A DNA stretch of 63,960 bases, counting the filler, from an uncultured bacterium (GTDB taxonomy: Bacteria > Latescibacterota > UBA2968): NCBI GenBank assembly GCA_964471275.1. It is 10 parts of 10 records of this genome, joined end to end, with 100 filler letters (N's around TTAATTAATTAA, not from the genome) between each part and the next. Parts side by side here need not be neighbours in the genome. Positions count along the whole stretch, not along the records: positions 6,796 to 13,425 come from CAYYGZ010000246.1; positions 13,526 to 20,144 come from CAYYGZ010000247.1; positions 20,245 to 26,841 come from CAYYGZ010000248.1; 7 more parts are not named here. The stretch is one strand, 5' to 3'. Positions 10,849-21,723 of this stretch are shown in pieces. Both the position numbers and the translations under genes were made by a program. Under the pieces are notes generated by a model. The model searched no databases and was not told the origin of the DNA. It saw only the letters and a program-made list of their open reading frames with translations. The number at the start of each line of letters is the position of its first letter. Positions within the stretch are counted from its first letter, which is position 1.

Positions 10849-12858
10849 ATGCCAGACCCAATGAACCTCCCGAACAGCTACAATCCCAAAACACACCTCC
10901 TGAAAAAAACGACCGAAAACGGCACCTTCCACGAATCCAGAGGCGGGTCGGGGTTCGCCCGAAGGCTCCTCGAAAACGGTCATCCTGACGACGTCTCCCT
11001 TGCACACAAGGTCCTCGAGGCGACGCTGGCCTGCCAGGAAACACGTGAAAACGATCCACACTACGGCAACTTCTTCTGGATGGCGGAGGATGACTTCGTC
11101 GGGGACCTGAACGCCGTCGAGTTCTGTCTTGAATCGATGATCCCGATGATGATGGACTATTCTGATAAGCTCGAGCCTGAAATGCGTGAGCGTGTCCTTG
11201 ATGCGATCCGGTTGGGACTCAATGAGATCGCACGCCTCGACGTTCGGGTTTCCTATTCAAACATCACCATGCTCGACATCCTGAACACCTGCCTGGGCGG
11301 CGAATTGCTGGTTGACGAAAAAATCGCACAACGCGGATACGACAAGCTCAACGCTTGGATCGAGTACACCGACAGAAGCGGCACGCCACGTGAATACAAC
11401 AGCCCGACCTACACGCGGGTGTGCGTCAACGCGCTCGGAAAACTGTCCCGATACCTCGCGAATGAGGAGGCACGTATTCGCGCCCGCACCTTCGCCGCCC
11501 GGATCGGCATCACCGTGGGCTTGCACATCCATCCGGCAACCGGCAGGTGGGCGGGCCCCCATTCCCGGGCCTACCATCCGACAGTCATCTGCGAGGGCCC
11601 GCCTGAAATAGACGCGGTGCGTGAGTGGATTGAGCAGGGCTCTCTCCCGACGTGGATCGACCAGCTGATTGACCCGGCACACGCGCCGGCAGAGATTCGC
11701 GAGACCGCTTCAATCGGCGAACTGGCGACGCTCTCGACCTACATGAGCCAATCCTATTCGCTGGGCATCACGTCCGTTGGCTACGGCGGGCAATCGAACA
11801 CGGTCCTGTCTCACTTCGTGCGGCAGGGAGCCGAGCGACCCGGCGTATTCTTCTCTCGTTACCTGACCAACGACAAGTGGCTGGGTGATTTCTACCACGC
11901 GACGGATCGGACGAAATCCAGAAACCTAATCGACGAGGGACAGTTCCTTGGGGTGCAGAACGGAAGTCGCGCGATCGCGCTGTATGCGCCGCAGAAGCTG
12001 GGCGTCATCAGCAGCGCAAAAGCTTCCTACGTCTGGACCGAGCGGAATCGCGTCGACGAGATCTGGGTTGGCGGTAGCCAGGTGACATCTCTCCCCTGCG
12101 AAGTGCCGGACGGGGCGATGATTACCATCATCAGCGGCGATGCGATGTTCGCCGTCCGCCCCTTCTCGTTGAGCGATATGGGTCGGGACGCACCCGTCAG
12201 GTTGGTGGAACGGGCCGGGGATCTCGTGCTGGACGTCTACAATTACGAAGGTTCAAAAAAATCGTTCTGGGAGATGGGTGTCGGCGGACCGTTCTTTCAA
12301 GGCTACCCCCAAAATGGTATCTACCTGGAAATGGCGGAGAGAGGCGACTACGAAGATGCGATGGCTTTTGCTCACGTCGTTGCAGGGGGAACGGTGAAAG
12401 ACCAGAGCGACGATCCCTTCGTCACCGATGGCAGTTCCGAGCGATTGTGGACGCTTGAATACGAGCGGGACGGGATCTCCCTTGGGATCGAGGTCGACCT
12501 GATGAATTGGGCACTCAAACGCCGATGGACGGAATCGGGCGAACTCGGCTACCCGATGCTGGAATCACCGATCGCCGCTCAGTCCAACGAGGGTAGTCTT
12601 CGACTGGGCCAGGCCACTGTGGAGGCATCTGGCGGCACGGTGTGGATGGTGGCGCTCGAAAATGCGAAGGAATGGATTGTAGGCTACCACGGCCCGAAGC
12701 CAACCTCGCTGGTCTTGACCGTGCCGGAGGGCAAGATTGAGGTGCCACGAATGACCGCAGGTACTATATACTGGCGGAAGGATCGCGTAAGCATCGACGG
12801 GGCAGGTGTGGATGAAGAGCCCTCTGTCACAGGTGGCACGCGGGTCGATCAGGTATAA
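10849..12858 (+). CDS. Uncharacterised protein, paralog 3 of the triplet
   Basis: 669 aa ORF with YSNI, EYNSPTY, GPHSRAY, RYLTNDKWLG. N-terminus MPDPMNLPNSYNP parallels MEPLDLPRNFNP of paralog 2. Confidence 0.88.
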   Translation: MPDPMNLPNSYNPKTHLLKKTTENGTFHESRGGSGFARRLLENGHPDDVSLAHKVLEATLACQETRENDPHYGNFFWMAEDDFVGDLNAVEFCLESMIPMMMDYSDKLEPEMRERVLDAIRLGLNEIARLDVRVSYSNITMLDILNTCLGGELLVDEKIAQRGYDKLNAWIEYTDRSGTPREYNSPTYTRVCVNALGKLSRYLANEEARIRARTFAARIGITVGLHIHPATGRWAGPHSRAYHPTVICEGPPEIDAVREWIEQGSLPTWIDQLIDPAHAPAEIRETASIGELATLSTYMSQSYSLGITSVGYGGQSNTVLSHFVRQGAERPGVFFSRYLTNDKWLGDFYHATDRTKSRNLIDEGQFLGVQNGSRAIALYAPQKLGVISSAKASYVWTERNRVDEIWVGGSQVTSLPCEVPDGAMITIISGDAMFAVRPFSLSDMGRDAPVRLVERAGDLVLDVYNYEGSKKSFWEMGVGGPFFQGYPQNGIYLEMAERGDYEDAMAFAHVVAGGTVKDQSDDPFVTDGSSERLWTLEYERDGISLGIEVDLMNWALKRRWTESGELGYPMLESPIAAQSNEGSLRLGQATVEASGGTVWMVALENAKEWIVGYHGPKPTSLVLTVPEGKIEVPRMTAGTIYWRKDRVSIDGAGVDEEPSVTGGTRVDQV

Positions 12859-13425
12859 CAGAAAAAGGGGCTTCACAGCTCAGAATCGTGAGATGAAGGG
12901 GGCACGGCTCACGTCACAACTCTACTGGAGAGCCCCTGAGAGTTCTAGCCCGTGCGAGGACGAGCTCTGGTCTGAATAAGGTATCGAACACAAATGCCCG
13001 TGTCATTGAACCAAAAGGCGACAAGTGTCATCTTGTGGATAACACAACATGTAATCTGATGGACTATATGAAATTGACGTTTCGATTACAACTTGCAAAC
13101 TTATTTTGGCCGCCAACCCGCAGACAGACGGCCCCGGACTGCTGGACCTGATTTGCGAGTGGACACTGCGGCTGGCCCCCCTTTTGAACGTGGAGTTGAC
13201 GCTGATCGATCCGGCATCGTCCCCGTTCATCAACGTCCGCCGCCGCGAACTCAACTCTGGCTCGCCAGACCGTCCCTCCCAAACCGAGCGCATCTGGGAA
13301 ACCAAACGCATCAGCAACCTCTAGCCCTACGCAGACATCGAAGCTTGGGCGTACGTGCATTTCCGGGACTCGCTGCTCATCACTGACGAACCGATAGACC
13401 AGACTAAATACAGTGCGCTGGACCT

Positions 13426-13525
13426 NNNNNNNNNNNNNNNNNNNNNNNNNNNNNNNNNNNNNNNNNNNNTTAATTAATTAANNNNNNNNNNNNNNNNNNN
13501 NNNNNNNNNNNNNNNNNNNNNNNNN
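13426..13525. other. Artificial contig linker
   Basis: N/TTAATTAATTAA/N. Confidence 0.99.
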
Positions 13526-13665
13526 AGGTCAACGGCGACCTTGTCGCCGCAAAGCGGGTTGTTGCCTTCAGCGTGACTCGATGGGTTCTCGATGACGCGG
13601 AAGTTGCGGGGACTTCGGTTGTGATCAAGGATCACCTGCTGATAGAGTTCGCGTGTATCGAGCAT
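13526..13665 (-). CDS. sufU: SUF system NifU-family scaffold/sulfurtransferase, 3' partial
   Basis: [17 protein letters not shown]...GNNPLCGD. Start overlaps the sufS stop (TAATG). Confidence 0.92.
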
Positions 13666-14942
13666 TACGTGAACAAGTCGACGACCTTGCGCAACCCTGC
13701 AATGAGCCGGTCGACATCCTCCTTCGTGTTGTACAGGGCGAACGAAATCCGTGCAGTTGCCGGGATCCCGAAGAATTCCATAACCGGCTGTGCACAGTGA
13801 TGGCCAGTTCGGATTGCTACGCCATCCTGGTCCAGTATCGTGCCGACGTCGTGTGGATGGATATCATCAATATGGAAGGAGATCACGCCGACTTTGTCTT
13901 TGGCCGTTCCGATGATTCGAAGTTTAGGAATGTCCGCGAGTTGGGCCGTCGCGTAGCGCATGAGCTCGTGTTCGTGGGCAAACGCCCCCGTCATGTCGAG
14001 GCTTTCGAGGTAGTCGATCGCCACACCCAGACCGATCGCGCCCGCGATGTTCGGAGTCCCGGCTTCAAAGCGTGTCGGTGGGTCCGCGAAGGTGATCGTG
14101 TCGAAGGTGACTCTCTGGATCATGCTGCCGCCGCCCTGGTAGGGAGGCATCTCGCGAAGTAGGTCATACTTGCCGTAGATCCCGCCGATTCCCGTGGGGC
14201 CGAACATCTTATGGCCGGAGAACGCAAAAAAGTCACAGTCGAGATCCTGGACATCGACAGGAAGGTGGGGAACACTCTGCGCACCATCCACGACCACAGG
14301 AATGCCGCGATCGTGTGCCAAACGAATGATCGCTTTCACGGGTACAACAGTACCCAGTGCGTTTGACACGTGGGCAACGGCGACGATCTTTGTCCGATCA
14401 TTGAGCAGCTTTTGGAAAGCGTCCAGGTCTACCTGACCTGTTTGATCGATCGGTGCGTGTCGGAGCTTCGCCTTCTGGCTCTGTGCAAGAAGATACCACG
14501 GAACGATGTTGCTGTGATGCTCGAGCTCCGTGACGACAATCTCATCTCCTTCGTTTACGCACATCTTCCCGAACGTCTCGGAGACGAGGTTGGTGCCTTC
14601 AGTCGTCCCACGCGTGAATATGATTTCGCGATCATCAGCGGCATTCAGGAAGCGTTGAACCTTCCTCCGGGCGCCTTCATACGCCTCAGTCGCAATCTCA
14701 CTTAGCTGGTAGATGCCACGGTGGATGTTCGAGTTCTGAAGCGCATAGTATCGGTTCAGATAGTCGATCACCGGCTGAGGCTTCTGTGTCGTAGCGGCGT
14801 TGTCGAGATACACGAGTGAATTGTCCGTAACATCCTGATTGAGAATGGGGAATCCTGCTCGCACCACTTCTACGTCGAAGGGCGATGGCTCAGCCGTCTT
14901 GGCAGATGGCGTCGTATGCAGTGTTTGCGCTGTGGCGTTCAT
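13665..14942 (-). CDS. sufS: Cysteine desulfurase
   Basis: [39 protein letters not shown]. Confidence 0.96.
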   Translation of the reverse strand: MNATAQTLHTTPSAKTAEPSPFDVEVVRAGFPILNQDVTDNSLVYLDNAATTQKPQPVIDYLNRYYALQNSNIHRGIYQLSEIATEAYEGARRKVQRFLNAADDREIIFTRGTTEGTNLVSETFGKMCVNEGDEIVVTELEHHSNIVPWYLLAQSQKAKLRHAPIDQTGQVDLDAFQKLLNDRTKIVAVAHVSNALGTVVPVKAIIRLAHDRGIPVVVDGAQSVPHLPVDVQDLDCDFFAFSGHKMFGPTGIGGIYGKYDLLREMPPYQGGGSMIQRVTFDTITFADPPTRFEAGTPNIAGAIGLGVAIDYLESLDMTGAFAHEHELMRYATAQLADIPKLRIIGTAKDKVGVISFHIDDIHPHDVGTILDQDGVAIRTGHHCAQPVMEFFGIPATARISFALYNTKEDVDRLIAGLRKVVDLFT

Positions 14943-16249
14943 GATTGTATCCCGAGTGAGATCTTGTGGAGGACACGATCCGTCAGGGCTTCACGAAGAC
15001 CATCGATCTTGATTCTTGAGAGAATATCACCTGCAAAAGCTTCGAGAAGCGTGCGTTGTGCCGTCTCTCTGCTGATCCCGCGAGCCTGGAGATAGAAGAG
15101 GGCATCCTCGTCGATCTGTCCGATTGTTGCGCCGTGTGAGCATTTCACATCATCTGCATAGATCTCGAGCTGAGGCTTTGTGTTGACACGCGCATCCTCT
15201 GAGAGTAGAACGTTCTTGTTCTGCTGGTATGCGTCCGTCTTCTGAGCGATCTGATGTACGTGAATCTTCCCGCGGAACACGGCCCGCGAGTTGCCGTCCA
15301 GGATACCCTTATACAGCTCGTGACTCGGACAGTTCGGCTGACGATGCTCCAGAAGCGTATAGTTGTCGCAGTGCTGGCTACCGTTAAGCACGTAGAGCCC
15401 GTTGACCGTGGACTCGCAGGCATCTCCGTCAAGGGCAGTGCTGACATCGTTGCGTACGAATGCACCGCCGATCGAGATCGAGTGGGAGGTAAAGTTGCTC
15501 GTCCGACTCTGATGGGCCTTCAGGTTCGAGATGTGCACGGCCCTGTCACTTTCGAGCCCAACCTTGTAGTGGTCGAGCGTGGCGTTGTTCTCCACGATGA
15601 TCTCGGCGACGTGGTTTGTCGTGTAGGCACCATTGTTTAAACCGTAGAATGTTTCGACGATGGTCAGTTGGCTGTTCTCCTCCGCGATAAAGAGGCTACG
15701 CGGGTAGGTGGTCGCATCTTCACTGTCGGACAGATAAACCACGTGGACAGGTCTTTTGACGATCGTCCCATTCGTGGCCCGGATGTAGGCGCCGTCCGTT
15801 AGAAAGGCCGTGTTCAGCGCCGTGAACGCCTGATCCTCGAAGCCGGCAATTGTGGATACGTGATTGTGCAAGGCCTCGTCGCCGTCCTCGATTGCATCGG
15901 CGATCGACGAGACGACAAGCCCGTCGGGCGTGTCGGAGATACGCGAACTCCCGGCGTCGAAGCGACCATTCACAAACACGATCGTCCATCCGTCCACACC
16001 CAACTCGATTGAAGATCGAACGTCCGAAGACAGGGGAGAAGTCGGTCCGGGCGCTGTTTTGCACGAAGCGATGAGCGGGGGCAGGTTCGTGCTCTTCCAC
16101 GCCTCATCCCTGGGTGTCGGGAATCCGTCAGCCGCAAAGGCGGTGATGGCGCGGCGTCTGAGTTGGTGGATCGGGGTTGACGTTTCGCCATTCAGCTTGG
16201 ACTCAAAGGCCTCGAACGCATCGATATAGGTGCTCAGTGTATCACTCAT
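14939..16249 (-). CDS. sufD: Fe-S cluster assembly protein SufD
   Basis: TKPQLEIYADDVKCSHGATIG, LFYLQARGI. Operon position. Confidence 0.95.
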   Translation of the reverse strand: MSDTLSTYIDAFEAFESKLNGETSTPIHQLRRRAITAFAADGFPTPRDEAWKSTNLPPLIASCKTAPGPTSPLSSDVRSSIELGVDGWTIVFVNGRFDAGSSRISDTPDGLVVSSIADAIEDGDEALHNHVSTIAGFEDQAFTALNTAFLTDGAYIRATNGTIVKRPVHVVYLSDSEDATTYPRSLFIAEENSQLTIVETFYGLNNGAYTTNHVAEIIVENNATLDHYKVGLESDRAVHISNLKAHQSRTSNFTSHSISIGGAFVRNDVSTALDGDACESTVNGLYVLNGSQHCDNYTLLEHRQPNCPSHELYKGILDGNSRAVFRGKIHVHQIAQKTDAYQQNKNVLLSEDARVNTKPQLEIYADDVKCSHGATIGQIDEDALFYLQARGISRETAQRTLLEAFAGDILSRIKIDGLREALTDRVLHKISLGIQS

Positions 16250-16264
16250 AGCTCGTCCCGTCCG

Positions 16265-17035
16265 CTAGGCGGAGACCGCCTCCTCAGCCTTCACCTCGTC
16301 CCTGATCCTGTCATAGCCCTCTTCTTCGAGGCGAAGCGCCAGATCTTTGTCGCCGGACATTACGATTCGCCCGTCCACGATCACGTGAACCACGTCAGGA
16401 ACGATGTAATCGAGCAGTCTCTGGTAGTGGGTGACCACGATCGCGGCCTTGTCGGGGGAGTGGAGCGCATTGACGCCATTCGCCACGATCCGAAGGGCGT
16501 CGATATCGAGTCCGGAATCTGTTTCATCGAGAATCGAGAGCTTCGGTTCGAGGACGGCCATCTGGAATACCTCGTGGCGCTTCTTCTCGCCGCCGCTGAA
16601 TCCCTCGTTCACGGGGCGGCTGAGGAAGTCGGCATCCATCTCGACCAGGGCCATCTTCTCCCTCGCGAGTGTGAGGAAGTCGACACCGTCCATCTCCTCC
16701 TCTCCACGGGATTTACGGACCTCGTTCAGCGCAGTCCGAAGGAAGTAGGCGCTGTTGACACCGGGGATCTCGACCGGATATTGAAACGCCATGAAGATCC
16801 CTTCCTGCGCGCGCCGATCGGGAGGGAAGTCGAGAAGGTCTTTGCCTTCGAAGGTGACCGTGCCCTCCGTGACGCTGTATGCCTCGTTCCCGGCGAGCAC
16901 CTGGGCGAGCGTGCTCTTGCCGGACCCGTTGGGTCCCATGATGGCGTGAATCTCGCCCGCTTTGACCGTGAGGTCGATCCCTTTGAGGATCTGTGCATCA
17001 TTGATGTGGGCCTGCAGGTTCCGTATTTCGAGCAT
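16265..17035 (-). CDS. sufC: Fe-S cluster assembly ATPase SufC
   Basis: MLEIRNL, GPNGSGKST, NEGFSGGEKKR, LDETDSGLDIDAL. ATG at 17035. Confidence 0.96.
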   Translation of the reverse strand: MLEIRNLQAHINDAQILKGIDLTVKAGEIHAIMGPNGSGKSTLAQVLAGNEAYSVTEGTVTFEGKDLLDFPPDRRAQEGIFMAFQYPVEIPGVNSAYFLRTALNEVRKSRGEEEMDGVDFLTLAREKMALVEMDADFLSRPVNEGFSGGEKKRHEVFQMAVLEPKLSILDETDSGLDIDALRIVANGVNALHSPDKAAIVVTHYQRLLDYIVPDVVHVIVDGRIVMSGDKDLALRLEEEGYDRIRDEVKAEEAVSA

Positions 17036-17066
17036 GTCTCTTCCCTCGGTCGCTTTCGTTTCTGGT

Positions 17067-18533
<1,467 letters not shown>

Positions 18534-18583
18534 GTCCTCTGGCTCTCAATCACGGCGGCGGAACTCTCCGTTTGGATGCCAAT

Positions 18584-18612
18584 AAAATACTTAAATCGTA
18601 CAAAAGTGTCAA
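18584..18612 (-). promoter_or_regulatory. Sigma70-type promoter of the suf operon
   Basis: Minus strand TTGACA (18612-18607), 17-bp spacer, TATTTT (18589-18584). Confidence 0.65.
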
Positions 18613-18631
18613 AATTAATTCTGATATTTTT
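18602..18631. promoter_or_regulatory. Imperfect 30-bp palindrome, candidate repressor operator
   Basis: AAAAGTGTCAAAATT|AATTCTGATATTTTT, 12/15 complementary, overlapping the suf -35 box. Confidence 0.55.
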
Positions 18632-18741
18632 GTCTGGATTAGGCGCATTGCGGATTTCTCACGTATTTCAGTACTCCTGCTGATGGCCGAAAGCCCGCAT
18701 AAACACTGCGGTTTTGCGTATTTACACGAGGGCCTTTTCCC

Positions 18742-18770
18742 TTGACGGGTGATTTCCTATTACCTATCTT
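18742..18770 (+). promoter_or_regulatory. Sigma70-type promoter of the nuo operon
   Basis: TTGACG, 17 bp, TATCTT upstream of nuoA. Confidence 0.55.
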
Positions 18771-18851
18771 AGACTCGCTTGACGAGAAATATCCCCCTGA
18801 AAACGCCTCCAAATTCCTGTAAATCAAGAGTTTACTCACGGTCATCCGCCT

Positions 18852-19268
18852 ATGCTTCTGGATTACGCAAACGTCCTCATCTTCATGGGAATCGGGACGT
18901 TCTTCATCCTGTTTAACCTCACCCTTGGCAGCCTGTTCCGTCCGAACAATCCGAGTCCAGAGAAGCTGAGCACATACGAGTGCGGCGAGGAGCCGGTCGG
19001 TGGGTCCTGGATCCAGTTCAACGTCCGGTTCTATGTCGTTGCACTCGATTTCATCATCTTCGATGTCGAGGTCGTGCTGCTATATCCCTGGGCCGTTGTC
19101 GCTCAACAGTTCGGCTGGTACGGGTTCGCGGCCATGATGGTGTTTGTGGTCATCCTCTTGCTGGGGTTGGCGTTCGCGTGGAAGAAGGGGACGCTCGAAT
19201 GGGTTCGCCCCAAGGTCGAGCAGTTCCGGGACGTCATAGCACGTCCGTTATCCCAAACTGCAGTTTAA
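18852..19268 (+). CDS. nuoA: NADH-quinone oxidoreductase subunit A
   Basis: KLSTYECGEEP, FIIFDVE, LYPWA, WKKGTLEW. Confidence 0.95.
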   Translation: MLLDYANVLIFMGIGTFFILFNLTLGSLFRPNNPSPEKLSTYECGEEPVGGSWIQFNVRFYVVALDFIIFDVEVVLLYPWAVVAQQFGWYGFAAMMVFVVILLLGLAFAWKKGTLEWVRPKVEQFRDVIARPLSQTAV

Positions 19269-19286
19269 CAGCAGGGACTCGTCTTT

Positions 19287-19772
19287 ATGGGTGCCATCGA
19301 CGGTCGTTTCAACGACAACGTCATCATCACTTCACTCGATTACTTCATCAACTGGACACGACTTTCTTCCCTCTGGCCGATGACATTCGGACTGGCCTGC
19401 TGCGCGATCGAAATGATGGCGGCCGGGGCCTCGCGGTATGATTGGGATCGTTTCGGGATGATCCCGAGAGCGACGCCGCGGCAGTCAGACCTGATGATTG
19501 TTGCCGGGACGGTAACCCTGAAGATGGCGACGCGTGTCAAGAAGCTCTACGACCAGATGCCCGAGCCGCGGTATGTGATTGCTATGGGATGTTGCGCCAC
19601 GTCGGGCGGACCCTACTGGCAGCACGGCTACCACGTGCTCAAGGGAGTCGACCGTGTGATACCCGTTGACATCTATATACCGGGTTGTCCGCCACGACCG
19701 GAGTCTCTGCTCGAAGGCGTGATGAAGCTGCAGGAAAAGATTCGTCATCAGACGATTGCGAAAGTCGGTTAG
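19287..19772 (+). CDS. nuoB: NADH-quinone oxidoreductase subunit B
   Basis: [31 protein letters not shown]. Confidence 0.96.
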   Translation: MGAIDGRFNDNVIITSLDYFINWTRLSSLWPMTFGLACCAIEMMAAGASRYDWDRFGMIPRATPRQSDLMIVAGTVTLKMATRVKKLYDQMPEPRYVIAMGCCATSGGPYWQHGYHVLKGVDRVIPVDIYIPGCPPRPESLLEGVMKLQEKIRHQTIAKVG

Positions 19773-19778
19773 AACGCT

Positions 19779-20144
19779 ATGACTCCTCAGGAGATCTTCG
19801 ACAACCTTCGGGGCAAGTTCGGCGATCAGGTCATCGATCTGACAGAGAACGTCGACCCTTGGATTCACGTTGAGGCCGCGGCAATTGCGGATGTGTGCCA
19901 CTACCTGCGTAATGACCCGGAGCTTGATTTCGAGTCCTTGATGTGTCTCTCCGGTGTGGATTATGATGATCATATGACCGTTGTCTACAACCTCGGCTCA
20001 TACGGGAAGAAGCACAAGATTACGCTGAAAGTCGAAATGGGGCGGGAAGAGCCGAAGATCCCGACCGTGGAGGCCGTCTGGCGGGTGGCGAATTGGCACG
20101 AGCGCGAGGCCTACGATATGTATGGCATTCTTTTCGAGGGTCAC
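19779..20144 (+). CDS. nuoC: NADH-quinone oxidoreductase subunit C, 3' partial
   Basis: LSGVDY, ANWHEREAYDMYGILFEGH at the contig end. Confidence 0.93.
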
Positions 20145-20244
20145 NNNNNNNNNNNNNNNNNNNNNNNNNNNNNNNNNNNNNNNNNNNNTTAATTAATTAA
20201 NNNNNNNNNNNNNNNNNNNNNNNNNNNNNNNNNNNNNNNNNNNN
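20145..20244. other. Artificial contig linker
   Basis: N/TTAATTAATTAA/N. Confidence 0.99.
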
Positions 20245-20336
20245 GGACACATAGATGGAGGCAGGTCATTGCCCTTGGGGCCGAAACGATACCGAACTCT
20301 GATGCTTCCATTCTTTTCCTTGTGTATTGATGCCAT
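20245..20336 (-). mobile_element. Probable N-terminus of a phage-type tyrosine integrase (truncated)
   Basis: MASIHKEKNGSIRVRYRFG resembles integrase arm-binding N-termini and lies just downstream of the tRNA-Arg 3' end. Only about 30 codons are visible. Confidence 0.45.
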
Positions 20337-20516
20337 GCGGGTTCGGTTTTTGCAGCGGGCCCAAAACGGGCCCACTTGGGTTCAAAAACGGGTGTAAACG
20401 GCTATTTTTCGACTCAAACGGGAAAGCCTCCTTTATTGTAGTGAGTCGAGGTTCTGGTGACAGGTAGCGATTTTGCCGCGTTCCTGAAACCCGCATAAAC
20501 ACTGGATTTTTGGCAT

Positions 20517-20547
20517 AAAAAAAGCCGACAGCGTGTACTGTCGGCTT
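20517..20547 (-). terminator. Rho-independent terminator after tRNA-Arg
   Basis: AAGCCGACAG-loop-CTGTCGGCTT followed by a T-run on the minus strand. Confidence 0.85.
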
Positions 20548-20557
20548 CCGCATTTAA

Positions 20558-20634
20558 TGGTGCGGATGCCAGGATTCGAACCCGGAACCTTCTGGTCCGT
20601 AGCCAGATGCTCTATCCAGTTGAGCTACATCCGC
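20558..20634 (-). tRNA. tRNA-Arg(ACG)
   Basis: GCGGATG/CATCCGC acceptor stem, anticodon loop CT-ACG-GA, GGTTCGAATCC T-arm, encoded CCA. Confidence 0.97.
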
Positions 20635-20742
20635 ACGTGACTTTTTTCGCCAAAATCAGGCGAGAAACCTACAAGAATCTACATATCGAGTCAAGAAAGA
20701 AGGACTTCCCGGCTGTCCGGTGTTTCGCGCACAGGACCACGT

Positions 20743-21273
20743 CTAGTCCAGGTTTGGCTTCTGCAGATCCGTGATCCGAATCGCCAGATTGTCTCCCACA
20801 ACAACAACCTCGCCGTGTCCGAACAGACTTCCGTTGACCATAATCTCCATAGGCATACCGGAGAGCTTCTTGGTCTCCACAACGGAGCCTTCCTGCCATT
20901 CCAGGATGTCGCTGAGCGTCTTGGTCACCCGTCCGAGTTCGATCGAGACCTTCATCGGCACGTCATCATACCGATTCACGAACTTCTCCAACTCTCCGAG
21001 ATCCAGAACGGGCAATTGCTCGAATTCAGCGCGTGAGGTCTGCATGTTGTTACCTGTGGATGATAACTGTTCCAACGGCGGAGGTGCAGATGCTTCAAGC
21101 GTTGATTCAGGCATTGCGGCTACCGGCTCAGATGTCTCCGATGTGGATTCGGGAGTCTCGGGCGCGCTTACGGGAGCGTCCTTTACAGCAGCTTGGGGTG
21201 CTTCCTCCTGCGTCTCTGGCGGAGCATCCTGGGGCTTTTCCTGCGGCTGTTTCTGAGGTTCTTCTTCGGCCAT
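20743..21273 (-). CDS. fliN: FliN/FliM-family flagellar motor switch protein with acidic low-complexity N-terminus
   Basis: C-terminal SpoA domain DVPMKVSIELGR...PMEIMVNGSLFGHGEVVVVGDNLAIRITD. Confidence 0.8.
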   Translation of the reverse strand: MAEEEPQKQPQEKPQDAPPETQEEAPQAAVKDAPVSAPETPESTSETSEPVAAMPESTLEASAPPPLEQLSSTGNNMQTSRAEFEQLPVLDLGELEKFVNRYDDVPMKVSIELGRVTKTLSDILEWQEGSVVETKKLSGMPMEIMVNGSLFGHGEVVVVGDNLAIRITDLQKPNLD

Positions 21274-21660
21274 TGGCACGCTCGTGGTTACGTCAGGGAA
21301 GAGAGGGTCGGCTACTCGGACTCAGGGGTGTCCGCCGTCGGCGTTTCGGCCGCGGCTTCGGTCCCTTCTGTTGCCTCTGTGGCTGTGGGTTCTGGTTCGG
21401 TCGCAATCTCGTGTTCGTTCAGAACCGCGCTGATCTTGCCCAGCAGGTCGAGTTTGGAGACTTTTCCGTGGAGCTGGTCACCGTTTCGCCTTCCTTCACA
21501 GAATGGAAGGTCGAGATCGTCATCAGATTTCGTGCACTTACGATCTGGTGTGCTGCATCAGCATCGGTGGATATACAAGTCTCCATCAGCAGGTTACAGG
21601 ATTATAAACGATAAGCAATTCGGGTGTGCATATCAACATCTCGCGAATATCCGCTGTTCG

Positions 21661-21688
21661 TTGACAAGCCCGAGATCAGCCCTATTTT
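21661..21688 (+). promoter_or_regulatory. Sigma70-type promoter
   Basis: TTGACA, 16 bp, TATTTT, followed by an AAGGAG SD at 21712. Confidence 0.5.
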
Positions 21689-21723
21689 AGCGGGCCGAGC
21701 CCTGAAGGTGAAAGGAGCCTGAT

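Noticed and set aside
13034..13042. Perfect DnaA box TGTGGATAA
   Set aside because: Single copy, with no cluster, unwinding element or dnaA nearby. Not enough for an origin call.
12860..13425. Short ORFs or a possible structured RNA after the triplet
   Set aside because: No recognisable protein motif, SD-start combination or riboswitch consensus. An Rfam/Infernal search would be needed.
19779..20336. Integrase apparently inserted into nuoC
   Set aside because: The two lie on different contigs separated by a linker.
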